From: a virus
Lineage: Duplodnaviria > Caudoviricetes
Direction: 5' to 3' (one strand)
Length of the DNA stretch: 64,000 bases
IMG/VR virus record: IMGVR_UViG_3300029288_000101
Span: 1-64,000 of that record
Position numbers and translations under genes: made by a program. A model generated the notes under the pieces. That model was not told the origin of the DNA, ran no database searches, and saw only the letters and a program-made list of their open reading frames with translations. This document shows, one piece after another, positions 10,290-20,473 of the stretch (its first letter is position 1; each line of letters begins with the position of its first letter).

Positions 10290-12146
10290 CTATTTTTTAG
10301 GTTCAGCAGGAGTCTCAATGCCAGCCAATTGATTAATTTTATTAACGAGAAATGTCACAACTGGACCAAACATACCAACTGCCTTTTCAAAAGACTGACC
10401 TGCTTGAGTTATATTAGTTGCTAATCCCTTCCACATACCTTCTGAATAACGATTTGCTAATTCTGCTTGTTGAGCTTCTAATAATGTGGTTTTTCCTCCT
10501 GCTCCTGCGATTACACCTGCTGCTCCTGCTTTTAAATTCACCAACTGCTCTTCAGTCATCTTATCAAAAATAGTATTGTCCATCAAATATCCTTCCCCTA
10601 ATGTTCTTGCTTGATTCGCTGTCAATCCCATTCTATTCTTTAATGCTAATAAAAATTTATCTCCACTTCCCCAACGCTTATTTAATTGCTTCATAGTGGC
10701 AGACATATACATTGGCGAGGCAACTCCTTTTTCTTGTTCTTCCATCAGTCCAAATAATCCCATCCCAGGATTTAACTGAGATAGAACAGCATAAGACATT
10801 GCTTGTTGATATTCATTATTAGGAGTCATTAAAGCCTGATTAATGGCTGACAATCTCGCTCCACCTCTGACTCCTGTAAAACTTCCTCCTAATTTATCAA
10901 AAGCAGCAACAATATTAGAATTCGCTGATTGATTGACTGTTTCTAATGTTGCTGTTTGTTCTTCTGTTAAGGCATTTTGTGTTTTTAATAATTCTAAAAC
11001 TCTCGTATTATCTGCCCCATTCAAAACTCCCGAATTAACCATAGTTTGAACCATTGCAACAATATTTCCCATCACCTCATTACCACTCTTATCAAACCTA
11101 CCATAACCAACATTTTGAAGCAAAGTTCCTTTATCAATACCATAATTCTTCATTAAAGCGATTAAATTCGTTGTATTAGCAGCATAACCACCTCTTCCTT
11201 CACCACCTCTTGCTGTTACAAATTCTTCTGCAATTGGCATTGTTTCTGAAATATCAAAACCAAAACCAGCAGAAAATCCAGCCCCTTTTCCTAATCTTGC
11301 TCTAAAAATATTTGTTGCTTTTGCGACTTGTTCTGCTTCTTGAACATGTTTCTGTGCAGCAGCAGCTAATACATCACCACCAGGCAATATGCCCCATATT
11401 GCTGGTATGGCTTGTTCCCCTGATTCTGCTCCTAATATTCCAGAAAAGGCGTGTTCTACTTTTCCTAATCCTCTTTGAATAAAAGAAGCTCCAAGAATAC
11501 CTTTCATTACTTCCAAAGCTGTTCTTGGTTTTTTTGTTTCTTCGCTTTCTCGTTCTTTTGAATCTGCTACTACCTTTGCTTGATAAGCTTGTTTTGCTTC
11601 TTCTGCTGCATCTTTTGGTTTTTCACCCTTAGCAATAGTCGCCTCAACATTCTTTCTATCATTCTTTATCTCTTCCCTTCCAGTGGATTTTATTGCTTCT
11701 AAAATCTCTTTTAATACATTAATTTGAGTAACTCCTGATAAATATTCTTCTCTCGCCTGAGAAATCTCTTTTGAATATTCTTTTCCTCTTTTTTCATATC
11801 TACTTCTTGCATTTATTTCTTGCTCACGCATCCATGACTTATCTGCTGGAGAAGCCTTTTCTTTTTCTCTCAGCCATTCGTCAGAATTATAATGCTTGTA
11901 TTCTTCTTCTGTCGCCTTACGACTTCTTAAAGCTTCTAATTGAGCAGCTTGTTGCTTTATTGTTAATAATTTTCTTTGGGTTTCAATTTGCTTCTCTAAA
12001 TTTTTTTCTGCTTCTTTCGCTGTTTGGCTTTGAGTTAATGCATCCCGCATCATATCTCGAGCTTGTTCTTTTTGAGCAGCTCGAAACTTATCAAACATAG
12101 AAGTTACACCTGAATCAGTCCCTCGAAAATTAACGGTTGTATCCAC
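10290..12146 (-). CDS. Tape measure protein
   Basis: Coiled-coil plus Ala/Gly-rich composition; follows tube and two chaperone-sized ORFs. Confidence 0.65.
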   Translation of the reverse strand: MDTTVNFRGTDSGVTSMFDKFRAAQKEQARDMMRDALTQSQTAKEAEKNLEKQIETQRKLLTIKQQAAQLEALRSRKATEEEYKHYNSDEWLREKEKASPADKSWMREQEINARSRYEKRGKEYSKEISQAREEYLSGVTQINVLKEILEAIKSTGREEIKNDRKNVEATIAKGEKPKDAAEEAKQAYQAKVVADSKERESEETKKPRTALEVMKGILGASFIQRGLGKVEHAFSGILGAESGEQAIPAIWGILPGGDVLAAAAQKHVQEAEQVAKATNIFRARLGKGAGFSAGFGFDISETMPIAEEFVTARGGEGRGGYAANTTNLIALMKNYGIDKGTLLQNVGYGRFDKSGNEVMGNIVAMVQTMVNSGVLNGADNTRVLELLKTQNALTEEQTATLETVNQSANSNIVAAFDKLGGSFTGVRGGARLSAINQALMTPNNEYQQAMSYAVLSQLNPGMGLFGLMEEQEKGVASPMYMSATMKQLNKRWGSGDKFLLALKNRMGLTANQARTLGEGYLMDNTIFDKMTEEQLVNLKAGAAGVIAGAGGKTTLLEAQQAELANRYSEGMWKGLATNITQAGQSFEKAVGMFGPVVTFLVNKINQLAGIETPAEPKK

Positions 12147-12488
12147 TTATTCTTTTTTATTATTGTTATTAAAACTATCAAGATCTAAATTTTCAAACAC
12201 CTTATCAATTTGTTCTTGAGTCATTTCAGTCTCTTTCAAATAATTGCCTGTCAAATTAAATTCTTCAATGTTTTTCTTTTCTTCCTCTATCTTTTTAATA
12301 AAGTCTTTAAATATTATTTCTTCTTGATATTCAATTAAAGCGTCTATTAAATTTAATTTTCTGTGCTGTTCTGAATTAAACGCAACGTTGTATTTCTTTC
12401 TCCACCATAAATCAATTGGAAACCTGTTGTTCCAATTTATAACAAAACTCTTTACAGTTTGAAGAGAAACCTTTTTTCGTGAATCCAT
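12147..12488 (-). CDS. Tail assembly chaperone (second)
   Basis: Position before tape measure; WWRKKYN.AF. Confidence 0.55.
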   Translation of the reverse strand: MDSRKKVSLQTVKSFVINWNNRFPIDLWWRKKYNVAFNSEQHRKLNLIDALIEYQEEIIFKDFIKKIEEEKKNIEEFNLTGNYLKETEMTQEQIDKVFENLDLDSFNNNNKKE

Positions 12489-12497
12489 ACATTCTTT

Positions 12498-12863
12498 TTA
12501 CTCTTCTTTTTTGTCTTCTTTTCCTGAAATGACATCCATCCATTGATTATACCAAGGCAAATATTCTTTTTTGAAGACATCAACGATTTCTTTCATTGAA
12601 ATTAAATCTAACAGAAAGATATTAGGCACTCTTAAATCTTCAAATAACTTAGGAATTAAAATACTGAAAGTTGCAATACAATCTATATAATCTAATGACA
12701 TCAGTGAAGCTAATGTCATATTGTTCACTAGATTCCGATATTGACCTTTTGATAAATTCGCCTTATAATTCTCAATGTCAATTAATTGACCGCAATTTGG
12801 AAAAGGGCAGTCATAATCATTCCTTTTAATCTTAAGAGTAATAGTTTTTGCTAATTCATTCAT
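12498..12863 (-). CDS. Tail assembly chaperone
   Basis: Size and position between tube and tape measure. Confidence 0.55.
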   Translation of the reverse strand: MNELAKTITLKIKRNDYDCPFPNCGQLIDIENYKANLSKGQYRNLVNNMTLASLMSLDYIDCIATFSILIPKLFEDLRVPNIFLLDLISMKEIVDVFKKEYLPWYNQWMDVISGKEDKKEE

Positions 12864-13010
12864 AATTTTTACGTTTTTTAGTTTACAATTTATTTTTAAT
12901 TAATTTATAATAAAATTTTCTTTTTCAAAGACATTTGAGAATTAACTGATGGTTCACAACTTCTCAAACGGTATTTTATTTATTTTTCTATTTGTTGCCA
13001 TCTTAAAACC

Positions 13011-13055
13011 AAAATGGGACAAGCCAAATTTATTGTTATTGGTTTGTCCCATTTT
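13011..13055 (-). terminator. Long hairpin downstream of the tail tube gene
   Basis: aaaatgggacaagccaa ... ttggtttgtcccatttt inverted repeat. Confidence 0.6.
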
Positions 13056-13142
13056 AAGCATAATAAACTAATTTTTACTCACCCAAAATTATTAATCAAA
13101 CAAAACATTTTAGAACAAATTAATTTCCTTTTTACTTTTTTC

Positions 13143-13616
13143 TTAATAAACTATCGGATAAATGTATTGGAAGCTCTGATTTCGTCCTGAAATTTGACCT
13201 TCAGTAATATCAAAACTTTCTGTATTTAAAAACAAGCCTTGAATTTGAGCATAAGGTACTTCCTGACTTGTCATTAAACCAGAAGTATTTGTTCCCGCAT
13301 TTACTTTTTTAAATATATCTACTGTTATGCCATCCTCCTGAAGAAGTACAGAATCTACAAACGCTTGAAGTGATGCTGTATTACGATAGATTGCTCCTGG
13401 GAGTTGGCTCTTACTGAAGTCAATATTAAAAAAATCACAAGTCAAAGTTCCTGCCCATGTTAACGGAGGAAGTTCGGATGGAGTAATACTCCCTATTCCA
13501 CGAACTTCACCCCTCTGTAGCGTTTCAGTCGCACGAATATTTTTCATTTTTCCTATTGCAACTCCATTTACACGTACAATCGCAATTGCACCTGTCAGAA
13601 CCTTTTCTGCTGCCAT
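13143..13616 (-). CDS. Tail tube protein
   Basis: TGA.A.V.VNG..IG...VRGIGS..P.E pattern; downstream of sheath. Confidence 0.85.
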   Translation of the reverse strand: MAAEKVLTGAIAIVRVNGVAIGKMKNIRATETLQRGEVRGIGSITPSELPPLTWAGTLTCDFFNIDFSKSQLPGAIYRNTASLQAFVDSVLLQEDGITVDIFKKVNAGTNTSGLMTSQEVPYAQIQGLFLNTESFDITEGQISGRNQSFQYIYPIVY

Positions 13617-13628
13617 AATTGTATAAAT

Positions 13629-14720
13629 TTAATTATTAATTTTTAAAAATCTCCCTTCCTTATCTCTAATACTTTCTCTTGATTTAAAAGAATCTTTCAA
13701 AGATTTACTAATTTTATTACCAGTCTCATTCGTCATACCTCTCTCCCAACCTTCGCTTAAATGAGTCTTTAATTCTTCTGGTTCAATCAGTTTATTCTTC
13801 GCCCTATTATTCACCCATATTTTACCTTTTGCATGTAAATAACAAGCAAATGCTTTTCTCTTCTTTGTTTTAATTTCTTCAGAACTCATCATCCCCTTAA
13901 TCCAACCATTGTTTAAATAATCTTCTAACTCTTCTTTTTCCACCAACTTTCCTACAACAGAATTATTTATCCAGACTCTTTCTCCTTTTTTATCTTTATT
14001 CCAAGGAATTAAATGAACACCATACATGGGATTTTTCTCACCTGTTCTACCAAACATAGGATTCTTTTCTCCTGTTATTCTTATACTTAATTCTCTTCTT
14101 TGCTCTTCTGTGTAGGAGGTAATTCTTCCCTTAACCCAGCCTTGCTTTAAATAAGATTGTAACGAATCTTTTTTAATCATTTTATTGATTAAGGAATTAT
14201 TTACACATACAGTATCTTTAAACATCTCTGCTGTTCTTTCTTTTTGTTCCTTTTTCCATTCTTCTGTATGGATATTTTTACCTTTAACATGTTGATTGCC
14301 TTTCAACTGTTTAGTCGCTAATTCAGAATGTTTTATTTTCGCTAATTCAAAATCTTCAGCTGAGATCTTATACCTTTTTTTAGTATTTTCACTCTTTACA
14401 AACGCCATGCAAATCCAAGCAGACCAAATTTTATCATTTTCAGGAAACATTTTTGTCAACCATTTATGACAATAATAGTGATATTTTGCTGGTATAAAGA
14501 GAACGAAATTATTTTTCTTAAAACATTTAGGTAGCATGTGATGTCCTTCAGTATAAACAACATTTCTCTTAGGTTTTGTTTTAAACCCAAATTTCTTAAG
14601 ATAATTAAAATAAGTTTTAAAATAAGACTTTTGCTGTTCTGTTAAAATAGGAGTTTCCTCTAATGCTTTCTTCATTAGAAGACCATATGCTTTATATAAA
14701 TTTAAAGTTTTATTCATCAA
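13629..14720 (-). CDS. HNH homing endonuclease with N-terminal extension and WxNN...GW repeats
   Basis: EGHHMLPKC...HYYCH; GEKNPMFG motifs; three WINN..EEL..YL..GW repeats. Confidence 0.85.
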   Translation of the reverse strand: MMNKTLNLYKAYGLLMKKALEETPILTEQQKSYFKTYFNYLKKFGFKTKPKRNVVYTEGHHMLPKCFKKNNFVLFIPAKYHYYCHKWLTKMFPENDKIWSAWICMAFVKSENTKKRYKISAEDFELAKIKHSELATKQLKGNQHVKGKNIHTEEWKKEQKERTAEMFKDTVCVNNSLINKMIKKDSLQSYLKQGWVKGRITSYTEEQRRELSIRITGEKNPMFGRTGEKNPMYGVHLIPWNKDKKGERVWINNSVVGKLVEKEELEDYLNNGWIKGMMSSEEIKTKKRKAFACYLHAKGKIWVNNRAKNKLIEPEELKTHLSEGWERGMTNETGNKISKSLKDSFKSRESIRDKEGRFLKINN

Positions 14721-14741
14721 ACAATTATTCTCTTTTTAAAT

Positions 14742-16436
14742 TTAAACCATCAAACTCTTATCCAACATAAGTCCCACAAACAAAAGTTTATTGATTGGTA
14801 AGTTAGGATAAAATCCATAAGTAATTTCATAAGCATCTTGAACAACCTTAATTGTAATTTGTTCAAAGCCTAAGATTAGATTAGAAGGATTTATGTCTGA
14901 TACTGTCCTACTTTTCAAGTATTTCTTTGTCCAAGATTCTAAAACTGCAGAACTGATAGAGCCACGATTAGGACCGTTTTCGCTCTTCATTAAATCAATA
15001 TAAGCATTATAAATTATTTCTTTGTTTAATTGACCAGCTATTCTCATCACACTCACTTCATAAGAAGTACCATCACTATTAACAAGAAAATTATTGTTTT
15101 GAAGTGTTGAAATGCTCTGTCCAATTATCCATTCTCCTGCCATATCATATTTTGTCCAAAGCACGCCATATTTCTGAGCAATCTTCTGATCCTTCTCAGA
15201 CATATCATGCATATCTTGATCAATATCTATTGATTTAAATGTTCCTGGTGTCGCAGGTTCAAGTCCACATATCCTTCCTGTTACTAAAGCTGCTTTGACA
15301 ATGGAATCATATTCTTTAAACCCAGCGTTTGCAAGATTTACTTTTTTCATTCCAGCATGTACCACAATAACTACATTGCTATTAAAGTATTGAGCAATAT
15401 CAGTTGAACTATTTGTCGTCCCAACATTAAAGAAATTAGAATCTTTTCCACCACCAATAACAAGATACAAGCCATATTTAGAATCATTGATTAAATGGTT
15501 CTTTAATGCTAAATTTGAATAATGAGATTTTGCCTCACTACCAGTTCTATCAGCAAGTATGAATGAATAATCTGTTGAAATTATATTTTCTAAAACTTTA
15601 TTAAAGTGTGTCTGGTTATAAGTCTCTGTACCACCAGCAGCTAATTCATAATCAGCATAAACTGCCAAATCTGCAGAATCAATCTTTCCAGTTCCTACAA
15701 CTGTATAGGTTTTTATTTTAAAATATTCATTAAAGGTTGAATCTATGTCCATCCATACTTTTAATTCTGCCATTGAATCAACTTCTTCAGAAGAACATAT
15801 CAATTCAGGTACAGAATCTGCTTCAAGAATACCTTGTCCTGGAAGGTCAGTATAAGGTTCGTTATCAACATCTAACCCAGTAAAAGTACCTGCGTAAAAA
15901 TCAAAAATAAATTTTGTAGTGTCTAACACACCAGCTTTCATCTTTACTGCATAACCTCTTGAAAGTACTGTTCCTGATTTTATACCATTGCCACAAAATC
16001 CCTCATTACGACATTGTAATACTAAAGTTCCACCATCAGTCACAACTTCTCCTGAATAAGAGTTATCTCCAAAAATCATAGAAATTTCAGCAGGTGTAGT
16101 TTCAGCTCCTTTTACAAAATAAAGTCCCGTAATACCTTTAATATTTAAATCTTTTGAAGGCTGAAAGAGTTTCTTAGCAAGAAGCCAAAACATATTTCCA
16201 CGAATTTTCTTTCGAAAATCGTCAACATTATCAAAATATTGAATCGCATCTTTTTCTTTCTTTAAGGTTCCAGAAATCCCCGCACCACCATTATAAGCTG
16301 GATATTTCCCTGTATCTATTATAATACAATTACCTGAACTTAAACTTACAGGAGGATTTACTATACCTGAACCTATCCTGGAATATACACCTGGAAGTAC
16401 TACTTGCTTATTTCCAAAAGTTAATTTAACACCCAT
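14742..16436 (-). CDS. Contractile tail sheath protein
   Basis: N-terminal PGVYS, sheath-type C-terminus (T.K...EVSV.R...P..PIN), 564 aa. Confidence 0.9.
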   Translation of the reverse strand: MGVKLTFGNKQVVLPGVYSRIGSGIVNPPVSLSSGNCIIIDTGKYPAYNGGAGISGTLKKEKDAIQYFDNVDDFRKKIRGNMFWLLAKKLFQPSKDLNIKGITGLYFVKGAETTPAEISMIFGDNSYSGEVVTDGGTLVLQCRNEGFCGNGIKSGTVLSRGYAVKMKAGVLDTTKFIFDFYAGTFTGLDVDNEPYTDLPGQGILEADSVPELICSSEEVDSMAELKVWMDIDSTFNEYFKIKTYTVVGTGKIDSADLAVYADYELAAGGTETYNQTHFNKVLENIISTDYSFILADRTGSEAKSHYSNLALKNHLINDSKYGLYLVIGGGKDSNFFNVGTTNSSTDIAQYFNSNVVIVVHAGMKKVNLANAGFKEYDSIVKAALVTGRICGLEPATPGTFKSIDIDQDMHDMSEKDQKIAQKYGVLWTKYDMAGEWIIGQSISTLQNNNFLVNSDGTSYEVSVMRIAGQLNKEIIYNAYIDLMKSENGPNRGSISSAVLESWTKKYLKSRTVSDINPSNLILGFEQITIKVVQDAYEITYGFYPNLPINKLLFVGLMLDKSLMV

Positions 16437-16457
16437 GATTTTTATATTTTTTAGAAT

Positions 16458-16466
16458 TTATAACTG
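16458..16466 (-). promoter_or_regulatory. Putative late promoter CAGTTATAA
   Basis: Exact motif ~22 nt upstream of sheath. Confidence 0.65.
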
Positions 16467-16483
16467 AATTGTCAATTTTACAT

Positions 16484-17155
16484 TTAAATTGAAGTTGTAT
16501 TTTGTAATAATGGAGTGCCTTCAAACTCTAAGTGGCTGATTAAATTATTAGGTAAAAGTTTCTTCACAGATACTTCATAAAAGAAATCTAACATCAAGCC
16601 TTTAGCAAATACATTAATTGGTACTATTTCTTCTGACAGTTGCATGTCTTGTCCTGATAATTTAATATTTCGTAATCCATTTAATTCTAATATATCTAAA
16701 GAACCTACCAACAAACCTTTTAAAAGATTATACAACAATGTTACTTCCAGCACATTATCACTCGTAATTATACAAGCATACTGACATTCATAGATTCTTG
16801 TATAAATTGGATTTTCTTTTTTCTCTGTGGTGTCAACTTCATTTTCAACATAGCCTTCGTCTATACCAATGCCTTGTTGACCACTTCTCTCACTGGGTAA
16901 AGTGATATGCACAGTAGGCATCACTGCCCTACTGCTATCAAAACCTAATCTGACTTGAAGTTGACGAGGATTATCTGCTTCTCTGGTTAAAAACTCCAAT
17001 GCACTCTTATAAAAATCAAAGTTTTGAAATTTTATATTATTGAAAAGATAATAAATTATTGTCTTTGTCTTATCTGTATTACTATTTATATCCTTCTTTA
17101 CAAAAGCAAGTAAGGATTCTAAGAAATTGAATATTACTAATTCAGGAATTACCAT
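16484..17155 (-). CDS. Tail terminator/neck protein
   Basis: Position before sheath; P.VHI.LP.E...GIG. Confidence 0.55.
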   Translation of the reverse strand: MVIPELVIFNFLESLLAFVKKDINSNTDKTKTIIYYLFNNIKFQNFDFYKSALEFLTREADNPRQLQVRLGFDSSRAVMPTVHITLPSERSGQQGIGIDEGYVENEVDTTEKKENPIYTRIYECQYACIITSDNVLEVTLLYNLLKGLLVGSLDILELNGLRNIKLSGQDMQLSEEIVPINVFAKGLMLDFFYEVSVKKLLPNNLISHLEFEGTPLLQNTTSI

Positions 17156-17164
17156 TTTTGAGTT

Positions 17165-19048
17165 TTATAAAATCTTTGAAAAATATTCTTCTGAACTATA
17201 ATCAATTATAGCTCTTAAATTAAGGTCAGCAAGTGCCTTGCCAGCAAAATCTTTTTTTGTTAAACCTGGAAAAATGAAGCTGTTTGCATCGCTCTTGTCG
17301 CTGATTCTACGAAAAGATTTATAACCGCTGCCGCTCGCAGTCTTAGAAATTCCTACGTACACACTGGTTTTTCGTTGATACTCTTCAAACACTTTACTTT
17401 TTAAAATTATCTGTTTTCTAACAGTTGGTATTTGAAGTAATGATGGGATTTCTTCTACCTTCAAAGGTCTTGTTGCTCCTGTTACTGGATTAGGCTTCTT
17501 ACTTGTTACTATTTTAGATATTACTTGTGGTAATACACCTGAAAAGACTTGAGACTCACCAATGGAACCTGCTGTTGCCCAACGAAAAGGAACTGTAATA
17601 TATTTTCCACCACCTAATTTTATACGAGCCTTGGGGCTGGCTAATAAACCAGAATTATGCACAACAATTCCATTAACAATAAAGCTAGAATCTTTATCGA
17701 CAGTCAAATCATATTTATGACTATAAACAGTATCTAAATTATTATTTTTTGTTTTAATTTTCTTTATAGAGAAATCTCTCTCTTTAAAATAATAATTTCC
17801 ATCATGATTATCTAGCACTCTCCTTATTTGCTTAACACAACCAAGAACATCATTGTAAATCTCTTTTCCCCAAAAACCAATATAAGTCCATCCAGATTTT
17901 TCTATTTCTTCTTGCTTTTTACGAATTTGTTCTTTTGTATGCCAAAATTCCCCATTAACTTCAATACAAAGTTTTTTTTCTGGAACGGCAAAATCAAAAT
18001 AATAGAATCTATTTTTAAATTTTTTTGTTTTTTTATTAAAAATCAATCTATTCCTCTTATATGGGTATTGTCTTTGTATTCCCTCTATATCCCTAATTAA
18101 TTCAAATAATTTTTGTTCTAAATTAGAATTTTTACTTGACTTCCCCCATCCAATATGTGCTTTTTTCTCCAATTCTTGAAACTCTTCTTTTGTATAATTA
18201 CCAAATCCCCAATTTGAATTACCCTTAGCATTTACATCAAGCCATTCTTGCAATTTCCCTGTTTGCGTTACATGCTTCCCCTCAACATACATTCTTTTAT
18301 TTGTTTCTATAACTTTTCTACTTATATTTCTTCTCTGTTTTTCCCCCAAATCTGTTCTGCCAAATTCTCTTCTAAACTCATTGTTAACTTTTGCTGCACA
18401 ACTTTTATTACAATATAAATTTTCTTTATCTAAATTTGGTAAAGAAATTAATTTCCCGCAACATAAACATTTCTTTGCAGAAACAATAATCCTGTGTTTC
18501 TTATTATCCAAATCTTTTGCTTTTATCCAACCAAAATTTGTTAAAATTGGATGATTTCCTGTAACAACTAATGCACCCCCACAGCAATTATGTTTAGATT
18601 CAAAGTTAATTTTAATTCTATAAACAAATTCATCCTTATTGACTTCTTTATTAATCTTAACAACTCTTCTCATCTTCCCCTTATGCGTTAAAACCAAATC
18701 ACCAACAACAATATTTTTTATACTTTTAAAACCTTTTGATGTATAAACCTTAGCCTCTCTATTCACTACACATTTCATATCAAAAGCAGCACAACCTTGC
18801 TCTATCATATTTGGCAACAAACCTCTGAGGATGACATAACCAGTGTAAAGTCCTGTGTCTCCCAAATATATTGACTTAACATATTGTTCTCTTGTTCCCT
18901 TAAGAGATTTACCAGCAACTTCACACCATTTTTGATAAAATGAGGCAGTGACTTGTTTGACACAATAATCCATAAGACCCTCAATCTCTACTCGAGTAAG
19001 ATTGAGTTCTTGTGACACATCACTTGTATCAATTACTACCTCTATCAT
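17165..19048 (-). CDS. Neck/tail-completion protein interrupted by an intein
   Basis: Exteins ..MIEQG..AFDMK and SGLL.S.K...YITVPFR..FRRISDKS...FIFPG join to give ~254 aa. Confidence 0.7.
   Translation of the reverse strand: MIEVVIDTSDVSQELNLTRVEIEGLMDYCVKQVTASFYQKWCEVAGKSLKGTREQYVKSIYLGDTGLYTGYVILRGLLPNMIEQGCAAFDMKCVVNREAKVYTSKGFKSIKNIVVGDLVLTHKGKMRRVVKINKEVNKDEFVYRIKINFESKHNCCGGALVVTGNHPILTNFGWIKAKDLDNKKHRIIVSAKKCLCCGKLISLPNLDKENLYCNKSCAAKVNNEFRREFGRTDLGEKQRRNISRKVIETNKRMYVEGKHVTQTGKLQEWLDVNAKGNSNWGFGNYTKEEFQELEKKAHIGWGKSSKNSNLEQKLFELIRDIEGIQRQYPYKRNRLIFNKKTKKFKNRFYYFDFAVPEKKLCIEVNGEFWHTKEQIRKKQEEIEKSGWTYIGFWGKEIYNDVLGCVKQIRRVLDNHDGNYYFKERDFSIKKIKTKNNNLDTVYSHKYDLTVDKDSSFIVNGIVVHNSGLLASPKARIKLGGGKYITVPFRWATAGSIGESQVFSGVLPQVISKIVTSKKPNPVTGATRPLKVEEIPSLLQIPTVRKQIILKSKVFEEYQRKTSVYVGISKTASGSGYKSFRRISDKSDANSFIFPGLTKKDFAGKALADLNLRAIIDYSSEEYFSKIL
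17654..18772 (-). mobile_element. Intein (373 aa) carrying a Vsr/DUF559-like endonuclease
   Basis: Starts at Cys93 (CVVNREAKV), block B VTGNHPI, ends YDLTV..FIVNGIVVHN/S; internal LEQ..QY..FDF...CIEVNGEFWH...GW..I.FW. Confidence 0.9.
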
Positions 19049-19694
19049 GATTTCTCGTTATTTTTTTATTTTGTAACTCCTCTTCTTTTTCTTTATTTTT
19101 AAAAATTATATATTCTCTTTCTCGTCTATCCTTCCAATATTTCTTCATCCTCTTACTATTCTCTCTTTTCCACTTTTCTGTATGTTTCTTTCCTAACCAT
19201 TTTTGGTTTCCCATTTGAGCTTTGCTCATCTTAATGCTTGTTTCTTTAGTATGTTTTTGTCCTTTAAAATATTGGTTTCCAGTATGAACTTTCTTTAAAA
19301 TATCTTTCAACTTTTTCGGCATTTTATATTTTCCCTTCAAAGCAATGCTTCTCTTTTTCCTAATCTCTTCTTTATTAGGATTATTAGTAAAAGTGTCTCC
19401 ACCTCTTCCGCCTTTATGCATATTATAACCAAATTTTCGATTAGTTGTTTTAAATTTACTAATGTATATCTTTTCCCAAATATCCATTTCTTCTTTACAT
19501 TTGCATACTCTCAATATTTGTTTATCAAAATTTTCTTCTCCATATTTCTTTAAAGCTCTATAAAAAGGTAATTTTTTATGATGTCTTTTATTTATAAGAC
19601 TCATATGTCTCTTAAATCTACTTTCTAAAATCTTAACTGTTTGACCAATATAAGATTTCCCATTTATAATATTTGTTATTTTATAAACTATCAT
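19029..19694 (-). CDS. GIY-YIG homing endonuclease (NUMOD3)
   Basis: IVYKITN..NGKSYIGQT, R..H, KYG, E..I, GYN. Confidence 0.9.
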   Translation of the reverse strand: MIVYKITNIINGKSYIGQTVKILESRFKRHMSLINKRHHKKLPFYRALKKYGEENFDKQILRVCKCKEEMDIWEKIYISKFKTTNRKFGYNMHKGGRGGDTFTNNPNKEEIRKKRSIALKGKYKMPKKLKDILKKVHTGNQYFKGQKHTKETSIKMSKAQMGNQKWLGKKHTEKWKRENSKRMKKYWKDRREREYIIFKNKEKEEELQNKKITRNHDRGSN

Positions 19695-20464
19695 ACAACA
19701 AATGAATTATCCAAAATTAAATTCTGATTAAAGTTTTGCGAATCCAATACAAAATGTGCTCGTCTACACACTCCTGAAATAGGAAGACGTATTTCTTTTT
19801 CCCTACCAGAATCTGCTATTACAAGACTGTTTCTGGATTCTTTATTCAAATCTATTACATAGTACATCAATTCATGTTGATAAGTGATTGACACTGTATT
19901 TGAGGAACGATTTTTATATTTTTCATTTAAAAGAAATACATTATCTCTGAAGGTAAAATCAACACCTTCTTCTAATTTTGTTAATTTCCGTTCACTATCT
20001 TCAAATAAAAATGCACATTCCACAATTACAGGATTATACACTGTATATCCCATCAACTGATCTTTAAAATCAAATATATTTATTATTTGAGAATAATAAG
20101 ATTGAGAATCATGTACTGTTATCTTATCCATAAATGAGATCTTTTCATCAGAACGAGCTGAGAATTGACTTGTTCCAGCCATAGTCTCAGACCACTGAGT
20201 GAATCTTGTATTTACATTCATGGATTGTAAAACTATTCGAGTTGCTATCTTACTTAACCAAACGTAACCTGTTCCTAAACAATTACGACAACTGGTCTGA
20301 TTATCAGACCCAGAGGTCTTACACGGGCAAACAATTGCTCTCTCTAATGTGACTAATAATCCTTTTGTATATACAAGGGTATCAAATCTCCAATCTTCAA
20401 AATCAACTCTTCCTTGACTATTAACAGGTGCTGGTCTTTCTGGGATAATTAATTTTGTCATCAC
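19691..20464 (-). CDS. Head closure/neck protein
   Basis: CPC...CRNCLGTG zinc motif typical of Twort-like neck proteins; synteny. Confidence 0.65.
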   Translation of the reverse strand: MMTKLIIPERPAPVNSQGRVDFEDWRFDTLVYTKGLLVTLERAIVCPCKTSGSDNQTSCRNCLGTGYVWLSKIATRIVLQSMNVNTRFTQWSETMAGTSQFSARSDEKISFMDKITVHDSQSYYSQIINIFDFKDQLMGYTVYNPVIVECAFLFEDSERKLTKLEEGVDFTFRDNVFLLNEKYKNRSSNTVSITYQHELMYYVIDLNKESRNSLVIADSGREKEIRLPISGVCRRAHFVLDSQNFNQNLILDNSFVV

Positions 20465-20473
20465 TTTTAAAAT

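Noticed and set aside
12147-12863. Programmed -1 frameshift between the tail chaperone genes
   Set aside because: The two ORFs are in the same frame, separated by TAA plus 9 nt, and the second has its own ATG; no convincing slippery site
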